Source: Candidatus Omnitrophota bacterium
GTDB lineage: Bacteria > Ratteibacteria > UBA8468 > B48-G9 > JAFGKM01
Length of the DNA: 44,811 bases
Direction: 5' to 3'
NCBI GenBank assembly: GCA_023819225.1
Contig: JAMWCZ010000001.1
Location: 1-44,811, forward strand
In this document: positions 29,596 through 38,199 of the stretch, in pieces
Layout: every line of letters begins with the position of its first letter
Numbering within the stretch: position 1 is the first letter of the stretch
Notes under the pieces: model-generated
What the model was told of the DNA's origin: nothing
The model's database searches: none
Seen by the model: the letters and a program-made list of their open reading frames with translations, nothing else
Translations under genes and position numbers: made by a program

Positions 29596-30713
29596 ACGAA
29601 ATTATTATGGTATTGGTAATAACAGTGACTTTTTTTCTTGCCGTCTTCTTTTACCTTAAAACCAAACAACTTATTAATCTATCGGAAGATATATCAAGAA
29701 AATATGGCTCTCTTTCAGAATACAATAAAGAATTAAAGAACAGGATTGAATACATAATGAATTCTTTTTCTTCACCTGCACTTATTATAGATAGAAATGG
29801 AATTATATCCTTTGCAAATCCAGAAATGAAAAAACTTACGGGCTCATCGGAAATGGAGAAGCATAACTATCTGGAATTTTTCAAAGAGCCGGAATTTATA
29901 AATGCGGTTCAGACCGTCCATAAGGATAGTCGCCCGATAGAAAAAGAGTTTTCTTTAAATGGACACAACTTTCTGGCGTTTTTTTATCCATTAGGAGAAG
30001 AAGGAGATATTTTTGTCTCCTGCAGAGACATAACATCTGAAAAAGAACTGACACGTATAAAACAGGAATTGGTTACAAATATGTCCCATGAACTCAAAAC
30101 ACCACTGACTGCAATAAAGGGATATGTAGAAACACTCCAGGAAGAGATACCACCTGAATTAAAGGACTATCTTGCTATAATCAAAAAACATACCGACAGA
30201 TTGATAAATATCGTAAACGACATACTCTCTCTGTCTGAAATTGAGGAAACAAAAAAAATTGAATTAGTTCCAATTAATATAAAGGAGGTTGTGGAGGAGG
30301 CAGTAAAGATGTTCACAGGAAAGATAACAGACAAAAATCTTTCTCTTAAAATAGATATGGATGATGACCTGGTTATTTCAGGAGATAAATTCAGAATAGA
30401 AGAGATGTTTATAAACCTTATAGATAACGCCGTAAGATATACAGATAAAGGAGGCATTGTCATAAAGGGTTTCAAAGAAAAGAATAATGTTGTTATAAGT
30501 ATTAAAGATACAGGTATAGGAATTCCGGAAAGAAGCATTCCAAGAATATTTGAAAGGTTTTATGTAGTTGACAGGTCCCGCTCCAAAGAGACCGGTGGTA
30601 CAGGATTAGGACTTTCAATAGTAAAACACATAGTAATGCTTCACAAAGGTAATATTGATGTAAAAAGCCATATTGGTATAGGCACAGAAGTCTTAATTAC
30701 TCTCCCACTATAA
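29592..30713 (+). CDS. phoR: PhoR-like sensor histidine kinase (TM, PAS, HisKA, HATPase_c)
   Basis: H-box SHELKTPLTAIKGY, N-box NLIDNAVRYT and G-boxes DTGIGIP / GGTGLGLSIV. ATGA overlap with the regulator gene. Confidence 0.7.
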   Translation: MNEIIMVLVITVTFFLAVFFYLKTKQLINLSEDISRKYGSLSEYNKELKNRIEYIMNSFSSPALIIDRNGIISFANPEMKKLTGSSEMEKHNYLEFFKEPEFINAVQTVHKDSRPIEKEFSLNGHNFLAFFYPLGEEGDIFVSCRDITSEKELTRIKQELVTNMSHELKTPLTAIKGYVETLQEEIPPELKDYLAIIKKHTDRLINIVNDILSLSEIEETKKIELVPINIKEVVEEAVKMFTGKITDKNLSLKIDMDDDLVISGDKFRIEEMFINLIDNAVRYTDKGGIVIKGFKEKNNVVISIKDTGIGIPERSIPRIFERFYVVDRSRSKETGGTGLGLSIVKHIVMLHKGNIDVKSHIGIGTEVLITLPL

Positions 30714-30750
30714 GGATATTTTTTCTTTTAAAAATAAACTATAACAATTC

Positions 30751-31296
30751 TCACCCATATCCTCTCCCCTCACCCGTCTTGCCCTTACGGGCTTCGGTCA
30801 CCCGCCTCACCAACTCGGCGGGCGTGCCAGTAGAGGCTCTTTACTCCTCTACTCGGCACCCCTCTCCCCACTGTGCGGGGCGAGGGGAAATGTGCCCCTC
30901 ACCCTAACCCTCTCCCCTCACCCATACCCTCTCCCCGCTACGCGGGGCGAGGGAAAAAAGGGAAGCCCCTCACTCATACCCTATCCCCTCACCCCTCCCC
31001 TCTCCCCGATATGCGGGGAGAGGGAGACCCCTCACCCTAACCCTCTCCCCTTAGGGGAGAGGAGAAAGGTGAGGGGGAAGCGGGGAGAGGGAGACCCCTC
31101 ACCCTATCCCTCTCCCCGATATGCGGGGAGAGGGGACCCCTCACCCTAACCCTCTCCCCACTGTGCGGGGCGAGGGGAAATGTGCCCCTCACCCCTACCC
31201 TCTCCCCACTGTGCGGGGCGAGGGGAAATGTGCCCCTCACCCCTACCCTCTCCCCCAAGGGGAGAGGAGAAAGATGAGGGGGAAGCGGGGAGAGGG
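30751..31296 (+). repeat. GC-rich hairpin-unit repeat array C (phoR / porin-pst intergenic), the largest array
   Basis: Eight head-to-tail units by hand parsing: 30766-30894 long form, 30895-30965, 30966-31027, 31028-31094, 31095-31136, 31137-31184, 31185-31232 and 31233-~31296. Units 6 and 7 are 48-mers differing at 2 positions. Units 4 and 8 are near-identical ~67-bp extended palindromic forms. Confidence 0.9.
30766..30869 (+). repeat. long-form unit carrying the ~83-bp structured insert (copy 2, inverted relative to copy 1)
   Basis: CCCCTCACCC-gtcttgcccttacgggcttcggtcacccgcctcaccaactcggcgggcgtgccagtagaggctctttactcctctactcggca-CCCCTCTCCCC. The insert replaces the usual 3-nt linker between the two C-blocks. 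Short hairpins are visible by eye: GCCC-TTAC-GGGC, CCCGCC-N10-GGCGGG and AGTAGAGG-N10-CCTCTACT. Confidence 0.8.
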
Positions 31297-31365
31297 AATA
31301 AATAAGGAGAGCAGGAAGAAGATAAAGGTTAGGGGTTGAAAGAAACAAAGAGATAATAAAAAGTA

Positions 31366-31389
31366 AAATTTAACACAAATTTAACACAA
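31366..31389 (+). promoter_or_regulatory. candidate Pho box: perfect tandem 11-mer AAATTTAACAC x2
   Basis: aaatttaacac|aaatttaacac|aa gives TTAACA-N5-TTAACA with 11-bp phasing, about 145 nt upstream of the porin ATG and just downstream of array C. PhoB/PhoP-family regulators bind head-to-tail direct repeats with this periodicity. No convincing -10 was found at the expected distance. Confidence 0.4.
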
Positions 31390-31532
31390 TCCTGATTTAT
31401 TCTTCATCTCCAAACAGTAAATTATATGTGAATGAAAATTACTTTTACCTCTCAAAATGCCGGAAAGGAGGTGAAAAAGAAGTTCAGGCAGAGAGAAAAA
31501 GTAATGGCAAACAAAACAGAAAGGAGGCAAAA

Positions 31533-32762
31533 ATGCTTAAAAGATTGGTAGTAGTAGCAACACTGTTTTTCTCAACTATGGTTGCGTTTGGAAGTGAAGT
31601 TGATAGATTGTTGGATAAGTTAGTAGAAAAGGGCATACTCACCGAAGCCGAGGCATACAAGATTTCTTTAGAGGCACAGGATGAAGTCAACAAGCAGGAA
31701 GCAATTGCAAAAACAGATGTAGACAAGATTTCAAAATGGATAAAAAACACATCCTTCAAGGGAGATGCCCGCATCAGGTATGAAGTACACGAAAGAGAAC
31801 TCAAGGATGACAGACATAGAACAAGGTTAAGATTCAGATGGGGATTTGACACAAAGGTTAATGACCAGATAAAGGCGGGATTCCGTATTGCTACTGGTGA
31901 TAGTGCTCAAGCAAGTTCAGCAAACCAAACATTCACTAATTCTTTTGATGACAAACCCATCTGGCTTGACAAAGCATATATAACATATACCCCTGCTACT
32001 TTTAAAAATCTTTCATTCACAGGTGGTAAGATGACTAATCCTTTTTATAACACAAACCTTGTATGGTCAAGTGATGTAAATCCCGAAGGAGTCATCACCC
32101 AGATAGATTTACCTATTACCCCTACCATTGGCAAAATCTTCGCAACTGCAGGTTACTTCCCTATATATGAAAACAAGGATGATTATAAAGACCCTTATAT
32201 GGTCGGACTTCAGGCAGGATATGAAAACAACAAGTTTAAATCGGCAGTATCTTACTACCATTATGAAGGATTGAAGGGTGGAACTGCTAAGAATATTTCT
32301 CCCAGTTTCTACGATAAAGGTAATACTCTCTCCGGGGGCAAATATGTATATGACTACCATCTATTAAATCTAACTGCTGAACTGAAACTCTTTGAACTAT
32401 CCTTTGGAGACAACAAAATGCCTGTCAAGTTCTATGGGGACTATGTCAAGAACATTGCAGATGATGTAGAGAATAAAGAAGGATATCTATTTGGAATTAA
32501 GTTGGGCAAAGCGAAAAATAAAAAGACATGGGAGTTTGGATACGACTATAGAAGAATTGAATCTGATGCAGTTACAGATTTTATGACTGACGGCAGTTTC
32601 TCCGAGGGTGGGACAGATTCAAAAGGACATACTATCGGATTCAAGTATGCGACAAGCGACAACTCAACTTTGGGAATTTCCTATATGATAACCGAAGGTC
32701 TGGGAAATAAGAAGACTGATGAAGTAAATACACTGCAAATAGATTTTGCAGTGGCATTTTAA
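31533..32762 (+). CDS. outer-membrane porin (putative anion/phosphate-associated porin)
   Basis: Start re-picked at ATG 31533 behind AAGGAGG (the track start is GTG 31428). Signal peptide MLKRLVVVATLFFSTMVAFG, an N-terminal helical segment (LLDKLVEKGILTEAEAY), then alternating beta-strand pattern ending ...LQIDFAVAF. pstS follows 14 nt later. Confidence 0.65.
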   Translation: MLKRLVVVATLFFSTMVAFGSEVDRLLDKLVEKGILTEAEAYKISLEAQDEVNKQEAIAKTDVDKISKWIKNTSFKGDARIRYEVHERELKDDRHRTRLRFRWGFDTKVNDQIKAGFRIATGDSAQASSANQTFTNSFDDKPIWLDKAYITYTPATFKNLSFTGGKMTNPFYNTNLVWSSDVNPEGVITQIDLPITPTIGKIFATAGYFPIYENKDDYKDPYMVGLQAGYENNKFKSAVSYYHYEGLKGGTAKNISPSFYDKGNTLSGGKYVYDYHLLNLTAELKLFELSFGDNKMPVKFYGDYVKNIADDVENKEGYLFGIKLGKAKNKKTWEFGYDYRRIESDAVTDFMTDGSFSEGGTDSKGHTIGFKYATSDNSTLGISYMITEGLGNKKTDEVNTLQIDFAVAF

Positions 32763-32776
32763 AAAGGAGGTAGAAA

Positions 32777-33580
32777 ATGTTGAAAAAGATATGGATAATA
32801 ATTTTAACTCTGGGATTTGTATCAACAGTAAAGGCAGAAGAAATCAAGATAGTAGGTTCTACAACCGTTCTTCCCATAGCCCAGAAGACAGCAGAGGTTT
32901 TTATGAGGAAACATCCTGACATTAAAATTACGGTTGGTGGAGGCGGTTCTGGTGTGGGTATTGCATCTCTTATAGATGGCACCTGCGATATCGCTGATTC
33001 ATCAAGGTCTATGAAACCTAAGGAGATACAGACAGCAAAAGGAAAAGGCATTGACCCAAGGGCTAATGTTGTAGCACTGGATGGTATAGCGGTTATAATC
33101 CATCCGTCAAACAATATAAGTGCTTTGACCAGACAACAGGTAAAGGATATCTATACCGGAAAAATCAGCAACTGGTCGCAGTTAGGAGGACAGAATGCAA
33201 AAATAGTAGTTGTTTCAAGAGATAGCGCTTCAGGTACATTTGAAGCATTCAACGAACTTGCTCTTGAAGGTGCAAAAGTAAGACAAGATGCACTTATGCA
33301 GGCATCAAATCAGGCCATTGCTACAACAGTAGCCCAGACACCTACATCTATCGGATATGTAGGAATTGGATACCTTTCCGAATCAGTAAAAGCGGTCGCC
33401 ATAGATGGCATCTATCCTTCAAAGAAAACAGTCCTTTCAAAAGAATACAAATACGCAAGGCCACTTTTTATGTACACAAACGGTGAACCTAAAGGAGCCG
33501 TAAAAAAATACATTGATTTTGTAACAAGTAAAGAAGGACAAACTATTGTAGAGGAGATAGGTTTTATAGGGTTAAAATAA
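32777..33580 (+). CDS. pstS: phosphate ABC transporter substrate-binding protein PstS
   Basis: GSTTVLPIAQ...GGGSGVGI and SRDSASGT motifs of PBP_like_2/PstS, with a signal peptide. Confidence 0.9.
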   Translation: MLKKIWIIILTLGFVSTVKAEEIKIVGSTTVLPIAQKTAEVFMRKHPDIKITVGGGGSGVGIASLIDGTCDIADSSRSMKPKEIQTAKGKGIDPRANVVALDGIAVIIHPSNNISALTRQQVKDIYTGKISNWSQLGGQNAKIVVVSRDSASGTFEAFNELALEGAKVRQDALMQASNQAIATTVAQTPTSIGYVGIGYLSESVKAVAIDGIYPSKKTVLSKEYKYARPLFMYTNGEPKGAVKKYIDFVTSKEGQTIVEEIGFIGLK

Positions 33581-33589
33581 AAATATCAG

Positions 33590-33616
33590 GGAGGGGCGGA
33601 AATTTTCCGCCCCTCC
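33590..33616 (+). terminator. intercistronic GC hairpin after pstS (attenuator or mRNA-stabilising stem-loop; no U-tract)
   Basis: GGAGGGGCGG (33590-33599), loop aaatttt, CCGCCCCTCC (33607-33616): a perfect 10-bp stem 10 nt after the pstS stop. It is followed by tcagatg rather than a T-run. Confidence 0.5.
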
Positions 33617-33667
33617 TCAGATGATGTATAATAAATAAAGTATTTACTATTAAAAAAGGATATTGTT

Positions 33668-34093
33668 ATGAAAAAAAGAGTACTTTTTGTATGTACACAC
33701 AATTCGGCAAGAAGCGTTATGGCTGAAGCATTCCTTAAAAATATGGCTGGTGATAGATATGAGGTTGAAAGTGCGGGGCTTGAACCTGGTACACTCAATC
33801 CCCTTGTGGTAGAAGTAATGAAAGAAGAAGGGCTTGATATCTCTGATAAAAAACCTCAAAGTGTATTTGACCTATATAAACAGGGACGCAGATATCATTA
33901 TGTTATTACTGTATGTGACGCATCACAATCAGCAAAATGCCCTATTTTCCCTTCATCACTTGAAACTATACACTGGAGTTTTCCTGACCCCGCGAGTTTT
34001 GAAGGTTCTCAAGAGGAAAAACTGGAACAGACAAGGAAAGTACGAGATGCTATAAAAAACACAATAGCAGATTGGATAAAAGACAAAGATTGA
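33668..34093 (+). CDS. arsC: arsenate reductase, LMW-PTP fold (thioredoxin-coupled ArsC type)
   Basis: VLFVCTHNSARSVMAEA P-loop with the catalytic Cys, and two downstream Cys in VCDASQSAKCP, as in the Cys-relay ArsC family; 141 aa. Confidence 0.7.
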   Translation: MKKRVLFVCTHNSARSVMAEAFLKNMAGDRYEVESAGLEPGTLNPLVVEVMKEEGLDISDKKPQSVFDLYKQGRRYHYVITVCDASQSAKCPIFPSSLETIHWSFPDPASFEGSQEEKLEQTRKVRDAIKNTIADWIKDKD

Positions 34094-34131
34094 TTATATT
34101 ATTTACATATGCTCAATAAAAATATATCAAA

Positions 34132-35016
34132 ATGCATAGAGTAAGAGAAAATATTTACAAATGGGTTTTCGCAATAATGGCTTTTGCCTCTATTGTATTT
34201 CTAATAGGCATAACCATAACGCTAATTACTCAGAGTTTGCCATTATTCAGGGAAATTACACTGAAAAGTTTCCTGTTCGGCAGGGAATGGTATCCAACAT
34301 ACGACCCTCCTGAATTCGGAATTTTCCCTCTGATAGCAGCATCTGTATTTGTAACTTTCGGCGCATTGCTTGTATGTGTACCTTTAGGCATAGGCAGTGC
34401 CCTGTATATGAACGAAATTGCAAGTTACAAGCAAAAGTCCTTACTCAAGCCCCTTATAGAAATACTTGCTAGCATACCATCGGTTGTCTATGGCTTCTTC
34501 GGTATGGTTATTGTCGCACCTTTCGTACAGAGAGTTTTCAATCTACCTACAGGACTCACTGCATTTACCGGTAGCATCATACTTGGAATAATGGCAACTC
34601 CAACAGTTGCCAGTATATCTGAGGATGCACTCAGTTTCGTGCCAAATAGTTTCAGGGAAGCGTCCCTTGCTATAGGAGCCAACCGCTGGCAAACACTTAT
34701 AAAAGTTGTAATCCCTTCAGCCGGCTCAGGCATATCAACCGCTGTTATCCTTGGAATAAGCCGAGCCATAGGGGAAACAATGACAGTTCTTATGGTTACA
34801 GGAGGAGCAGCAGTTATTCCAAAGTCATTTTTTCAACCGGTAAGACCTATGACATCTACCATTGCAGCTGAAATGGGAGAGGCAGTTTTTGGAGGACTTC
34901 ATTATAATACCCTTTTCGCAATAGGACTTGTACTGTTTGTCATAACCCTTTTTTTTAACATTCTTGCTGAATTTATTAGTACCAGGTATAGATTGAAACT
35001 GGGGGCAGGCAGATGA
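34132..35016 (+). CDS. pstC: phosphate ABC transporter permease PstC
   Basis: Six-TM permease with an EAA-like loop SFREASLAIGANRWQT. Confidence 0.9.
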   Translation: MHRVRENIYKWVFAIMAFASIVFLIGITITLITQSLPLFREITLKSFLFGREWYPTYDPPEFGIFPLIAASVFVTFGALLVCVPLGIGSALYMNEIASYKQKSLLKPLIEILASIPSVVYGFFGMVIVAPFVQRVFNLPTGLTAFTGSIILGIMATPTVASISEDALSFVPNSFREASLAIGANRWQTLIKVVIPSAGSGISTAVILGISRAIGETMTVLMVTGGAAVIPKSFFQPVRPMTSTIAAEMGEAVFGGLHYNTLFAIGLVLFVITLFFNILAEFISTRYRLKLGAGR

Positions 35017-35867
35017 AAAAAAATAGGATGTCTCAAAAAATAGGATTTTTTGTAATTTCCTTATGCCTGATAGCCACACTATTCTTCATGGGAACCATAC
35101 TTTATTTCATAACGGTTAGAGGGATACGCGCTATTTCATGGGAATTCCTTACAAAACCTCCATCAGGAGGGATGACTGAAGGCGGAGTGGCTCCTGCCAT
35201 AGTAGGAACAATTTATCTTACAATCGGGGCAATACTATTTGCTCTGCCACTGGGACTTGCTTGCGCTATATATCTTACGGAATACACACCTAAAAATATA
35301 ATAGTAAAAATTTTGCGCGTAAGCATCAACAATCTTGCAGGAGTTCCTTCTGTGGTCTTCGGACTTTTCGGGATGGCTGTGTTCGTAAAGTTCTTCAATT
35401 TTGGGGTATCAATATTATCAGGATGTTTAACACTTGGTATTCTTATTCTCCCGGGTATAATATCTACCTCTCAGGAGGCATTAACAGCCATACCACAGTC
35501 ATTAAGGGAAGCATCCCTTGCCCTTGGTGCTTCAAAGTGGCAGACAATAAAAAAGATAGTTCTTCCATCTTCTTTGCCTGGCATACTTACAGGTGTTATT
35601 TTAAGTATAGGACGGGCAGCAGGAGAAACTGCTCCCATAATGTTCACCGCTGCTGTCTTTTATATGCGTGGCTATCCTAATTCCATTTTCTCTGAAGTAA
35701 TGGCGCTGCCATATCATATCTATGGACTTATGACTGAAGGGACATCCCCGGAAAAGCAGACACAGATTGCTTATGGATGCGCATTAATACTTATGTTCTT
35801 TGTACTTTTAATCTCCGCAATAGCGATATACTTCAGACATAAACAAAGGAGAATTCAGCATGGATAA
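35013..35867 (+). CDS. pstA: phosphate ABC transporter permease PstA
   Basis: [16 protein letters not shown] loop and ATGA overlap with pstC. Confidence 0.9.
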   Translation: MKKNRMSQKIGFFVISLCLIATLFFMGTILYFITVRGIRAISWEFLTKPPSGGMTEGGVAPAIVGTIYLTIGAILFALPLGLACAIYLTEYTPKNIIVKILRVSINNLAGVPSVVFGLFGMAVFVKFFNFGVSILSGCLTLGILILPGIISTSQEALTAIPQSLREASLALGASKWQTIKKIVLPSSLPGILTGVILSIGRAAGETAPIMFTAAVFYMRGYPNSIFSEVMALPYHIYGLMTEGTSPEKQTQIAYGCALILMFFVLLISAIAIYFRHKQRRIQHG

Positions 35868-36621
35868 TGTTGTACATATAAAAGTATCAAAAATTAATTT
35901 TTTCTATGGAAAAACACATGTTCTTAAAAATATCAGTATGGATATATATAAAAACAAGGTTACAGCCATAATAGGACCTTCGGGCTGTGGAAAATCCACT
36001 TTTATACGACTTTTCAACAGAATGAACGACCTTATTTCAAACACAAGAGTGGAAGGTCATATATACCTTGATGGAGAAGATATCCTACTACCAAAAACAG
36101 ATGTGGTTAACCTGAGAAGAAAGGTTGGTATGGTATTCCAAAAACCGAACCCCTTCCCGAAAAGCATATTCAGAAATATCAGTTATGGTCTTGAAGTAAA
36201 TAACATAAAAGACAGGAAATTTATTGAAGAGCGAATAATTGAATCACTAAAAAAAGCAGCTCTCTGGGAAGAGGTGAAGGACCGTCTCAATGACAACGCA
36301 TTAATGTTATCCGGTGGGCAGCAACAACGTCTATGTATTGCACGCTGCCTTACAGTTGAACCAGAAGTAATTTTATTTGACGAGCCCTGTGCAAGCCTTG
36401 ACCCAATATCCACGAAAAAAATAGAAGAACTAATAACAGAACTTAAGAAAAACTATACGATTGTCATAGTTACACACAATATGCAGCAGGCGGCGAGGGT
36501 TTCCGACTACACGGCTTTTCTCTATCTCGGAGAACTTATTGAGTACGGTACAACTGAAAAACTTTTCACGGTGCCGGAGAATCCGAAAACAGAAGAATAC
36601 CTCTCAGGAAAATTTGGCTGA
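35860..36621 (+). CDS. pstB: phosphate ABC transporter ATP-binding protein PstB
   Basis: Walker [10 protein letters not shown], signature LSGGQQQRL, Walker B ILFDEP and the PstB-typical VFQKPNPFP motif. Confidence 0.95.
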   Translation: MDNVVHIKVSKINFFYGKTHVLKNISMDIYKNKVTAIIGPSGCGKSTFIRLFNRMNDLISNTRVEGHIYLDGEDILLPKTDVVNLRRKVGMVFQKPNPFPKSIFRNISYGLEVNNIKDRKFIEERIIESLKKAALWEEVKDRLNDNALMLSGGQQQRLCIARCLTVEPEVILFDEPCASLDPISTKKIEELITELKKNYTIVIVTHNMQQAARVSDYTAFLYLGELIEYGTTEKLFTVPENPKTEEYLSGKFG

Positions 36622-36699
36622 TACAAAATAATTTTTCAATATATTATGAGTTGCTTGTAAATCAAAGGGAAAACCCAATTTAGGGTAAAGGAGAAAGAA

Positions 36700-37356
36700 A
36701 TGATAGAACAGGATATAAATACACTGAAAGAAAGCATCGTAAGATATGCTTCTTTTGTGGCGAAGATGATAGAGGACAGCGTAGCAGGACTCATTGAAAA
36801 AGATGAGGCACTTTTGCAAAAAGTCATCAATGAAGATGAAATGAAAGCGAACAACCTTGAAATTGAACTGGACGAAACCTGTATTGAAATTATTGCTAAG
36901 TATGAGCCCAAAGCGAAAAATCTTCGCACAACGCTGATGATAATGAAGATAAATAATGACCTTGAAAGAATAGGGGACGAGGCAGTAAACATAGCGGAAA
37001 GCGCATTATTCCTCATAAAAAGGCCTTCAGTTAAACGACTTATAGATATACCGCGCATGGCAGAAATAAGCATCGGAATGTTGAAAGACAGCATCAACGC
37101 TTTCGTAAACAACGATGCAGTCCTTGCCAGGGAAATATGCGTGAGAGACAATATGGTTGATGACCTGCGCGACCAGGTTATACGAGAACTTATCACATAT
37201 ATGACATCTGACCCATCTACCATTGAGCGGGCACTTCATCTTATGAGGATTGCAAGGTCACTTGAAAGGGTAGCCGACCTCTCTACCAACTTCTGCGAGG
37301 ATATAGTTTTTATGGTAGAAGGAAAAATCATCAAACACCACTACGATGAGAGATAG
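36700..37356 (+). CDS. phoU: phosphate signalling complex protein PhoU
   Basis: Two PhoU repeats (DLERIGDEAVNIAE, SLERVADLSTNFCE). Confidence 0.9.
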   Translation: MIEQDINTLKESIVRYASFVAKMIEDSVAGLIEKDEALLQKVINEDEMKANNLEIELDETCIEIIAKYEPKAKNLRTTLMIMKINNDLERIGDEAVNIAESALFLIKRPSVKRLIDIPRMAEISIGMLKDSINAFVNNDAVLAREICVRDNMVDDLRDQVIRELITYMTSDPSTIERALHLMRIARSLERVADLSTNFCEDIVFMVEGKIIKHHYDER

Positions 37357-37380
37357 GGAAAAATCTGCTGGCATTATCTA

Positions 37381-38187
37381 TCAACAAATACATATTTTGT
37401 TTATAACAAGCCCGATTACAAAGAATAAGCCATAGATACATATAATAAGCGGGGATGTCGGCAAGTCAAAAGTATACGAAAGCCAGAATCCGGATATGAC
37501 AGAAATTCCTGAAATAAACAAACTACCGATGATGATACGGTTAACTGAAGTAAAAATTTTAAATGCAGTCATAGGCGGGATTATCAGAGATGCAAAAACG
37601 AAAAGGAGCCCCGATATTCTCATAGATATACTTACAATAATACCTAACATCAGATAGAATAGAAAATCTGAGAAAGCCCCTTTTATCCCTGAAGTGAGGG
37701 CTGTTTCTCTGTCATAAGAAATAAATACAAGTGCCCTGAAGAAATATAAGAAAAGTAATAACACAAAAACACTGCCTAAGAGAGATACAAACAAATCGCC
37801 AGTAGTAACATATAGAAGATTTCCTGCTGCTACATTAAATCCATAAATTTCCACCCTCGGATTTTTTGCTATAAGTATGGTTGTTAATCCCGCACTTATA
37901 AGATATATAAAAGCCACAACTGTATCTCTTGGTATGTCTCTTTCGGTATTATACAACCAGAAAAAAATACTAATGACAACAGATAGAATAAAAGATGAAA
38001 TATACGGGTTGATGCCAACCATCAATCCAAGAACTACGCCCAATCCTGCTATCTGAGATATGGCTAACCCTATGAAAACCACGCGTTTAAGAATAACAAA
38101 AAATCCTATCAGAGAACAGAGTAATCCACTTATTAGTCCTACCGCAAGACCAATCCGTAAAAATGGCTCATGCCAGAAATTAAACAT
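37381..38187 (-). CDS. znuB: metal (Zn/Mn-type) ABC transporter permease, ABC-3 family
   Basis: 268 aa with 8-9 TM helices, downstream of an ATPase and a TroA-like SBP. Metal specificity is inferred from context only. Confidence 0.75.
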   Translation of the reverse strand: MFNFWHEPFLRIGLAVGLISGLLCSLIGFFVILKRVVFIGLAISQIAGLGVVLGLMVGINPYISSFILSVVISIFFWLYNTERDIPRDTVVAFIYLISAGLTTILIAKNPRVEIYGFNVAAGNLLYVTTGDLFVSLLGSVFVLLLFLYFFRALVFISYDRETALTSGIKGAFSDFLFYLMLGIIVSISMRISGLLFVFASLIIPPMTAFKIFTSVNRIIIGSLFISGISVISGFWLSYTFDLPTSPLIICIYGLFFVIGLVINKICIC

Positions 38188-38199
38188 TTCATAACACCT

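Noticed and set aside
26102-30869. Composite transposon or genomic island bounded by the inverted long-form units
   Set aside because: There is no transposase, integrase or recombinase. I saw no target-site duplication. The enclosed genes sit in their expected chromosomal context, with pal after tolB and phoBR before pst. It is kept only as a possible invertible segment in the findings.
31037-31348. Track ORFs inside the arrays as real Pro/Gly/Glu/Arg-rich proteins (5535-5768, 25912-26130, 25959-26246, 26006-26221, 30892-31149, 31037-31348, 31121-31339, 41631-41978)
   Set aside because: They are open on both strands simply because GC-rich repeats lack AT-rich stop codons. Several start with TTG/GTG, none has an SD, their composition is opposite to the genuine genes, and their peptide repeats merely mirror the DNA repeat.
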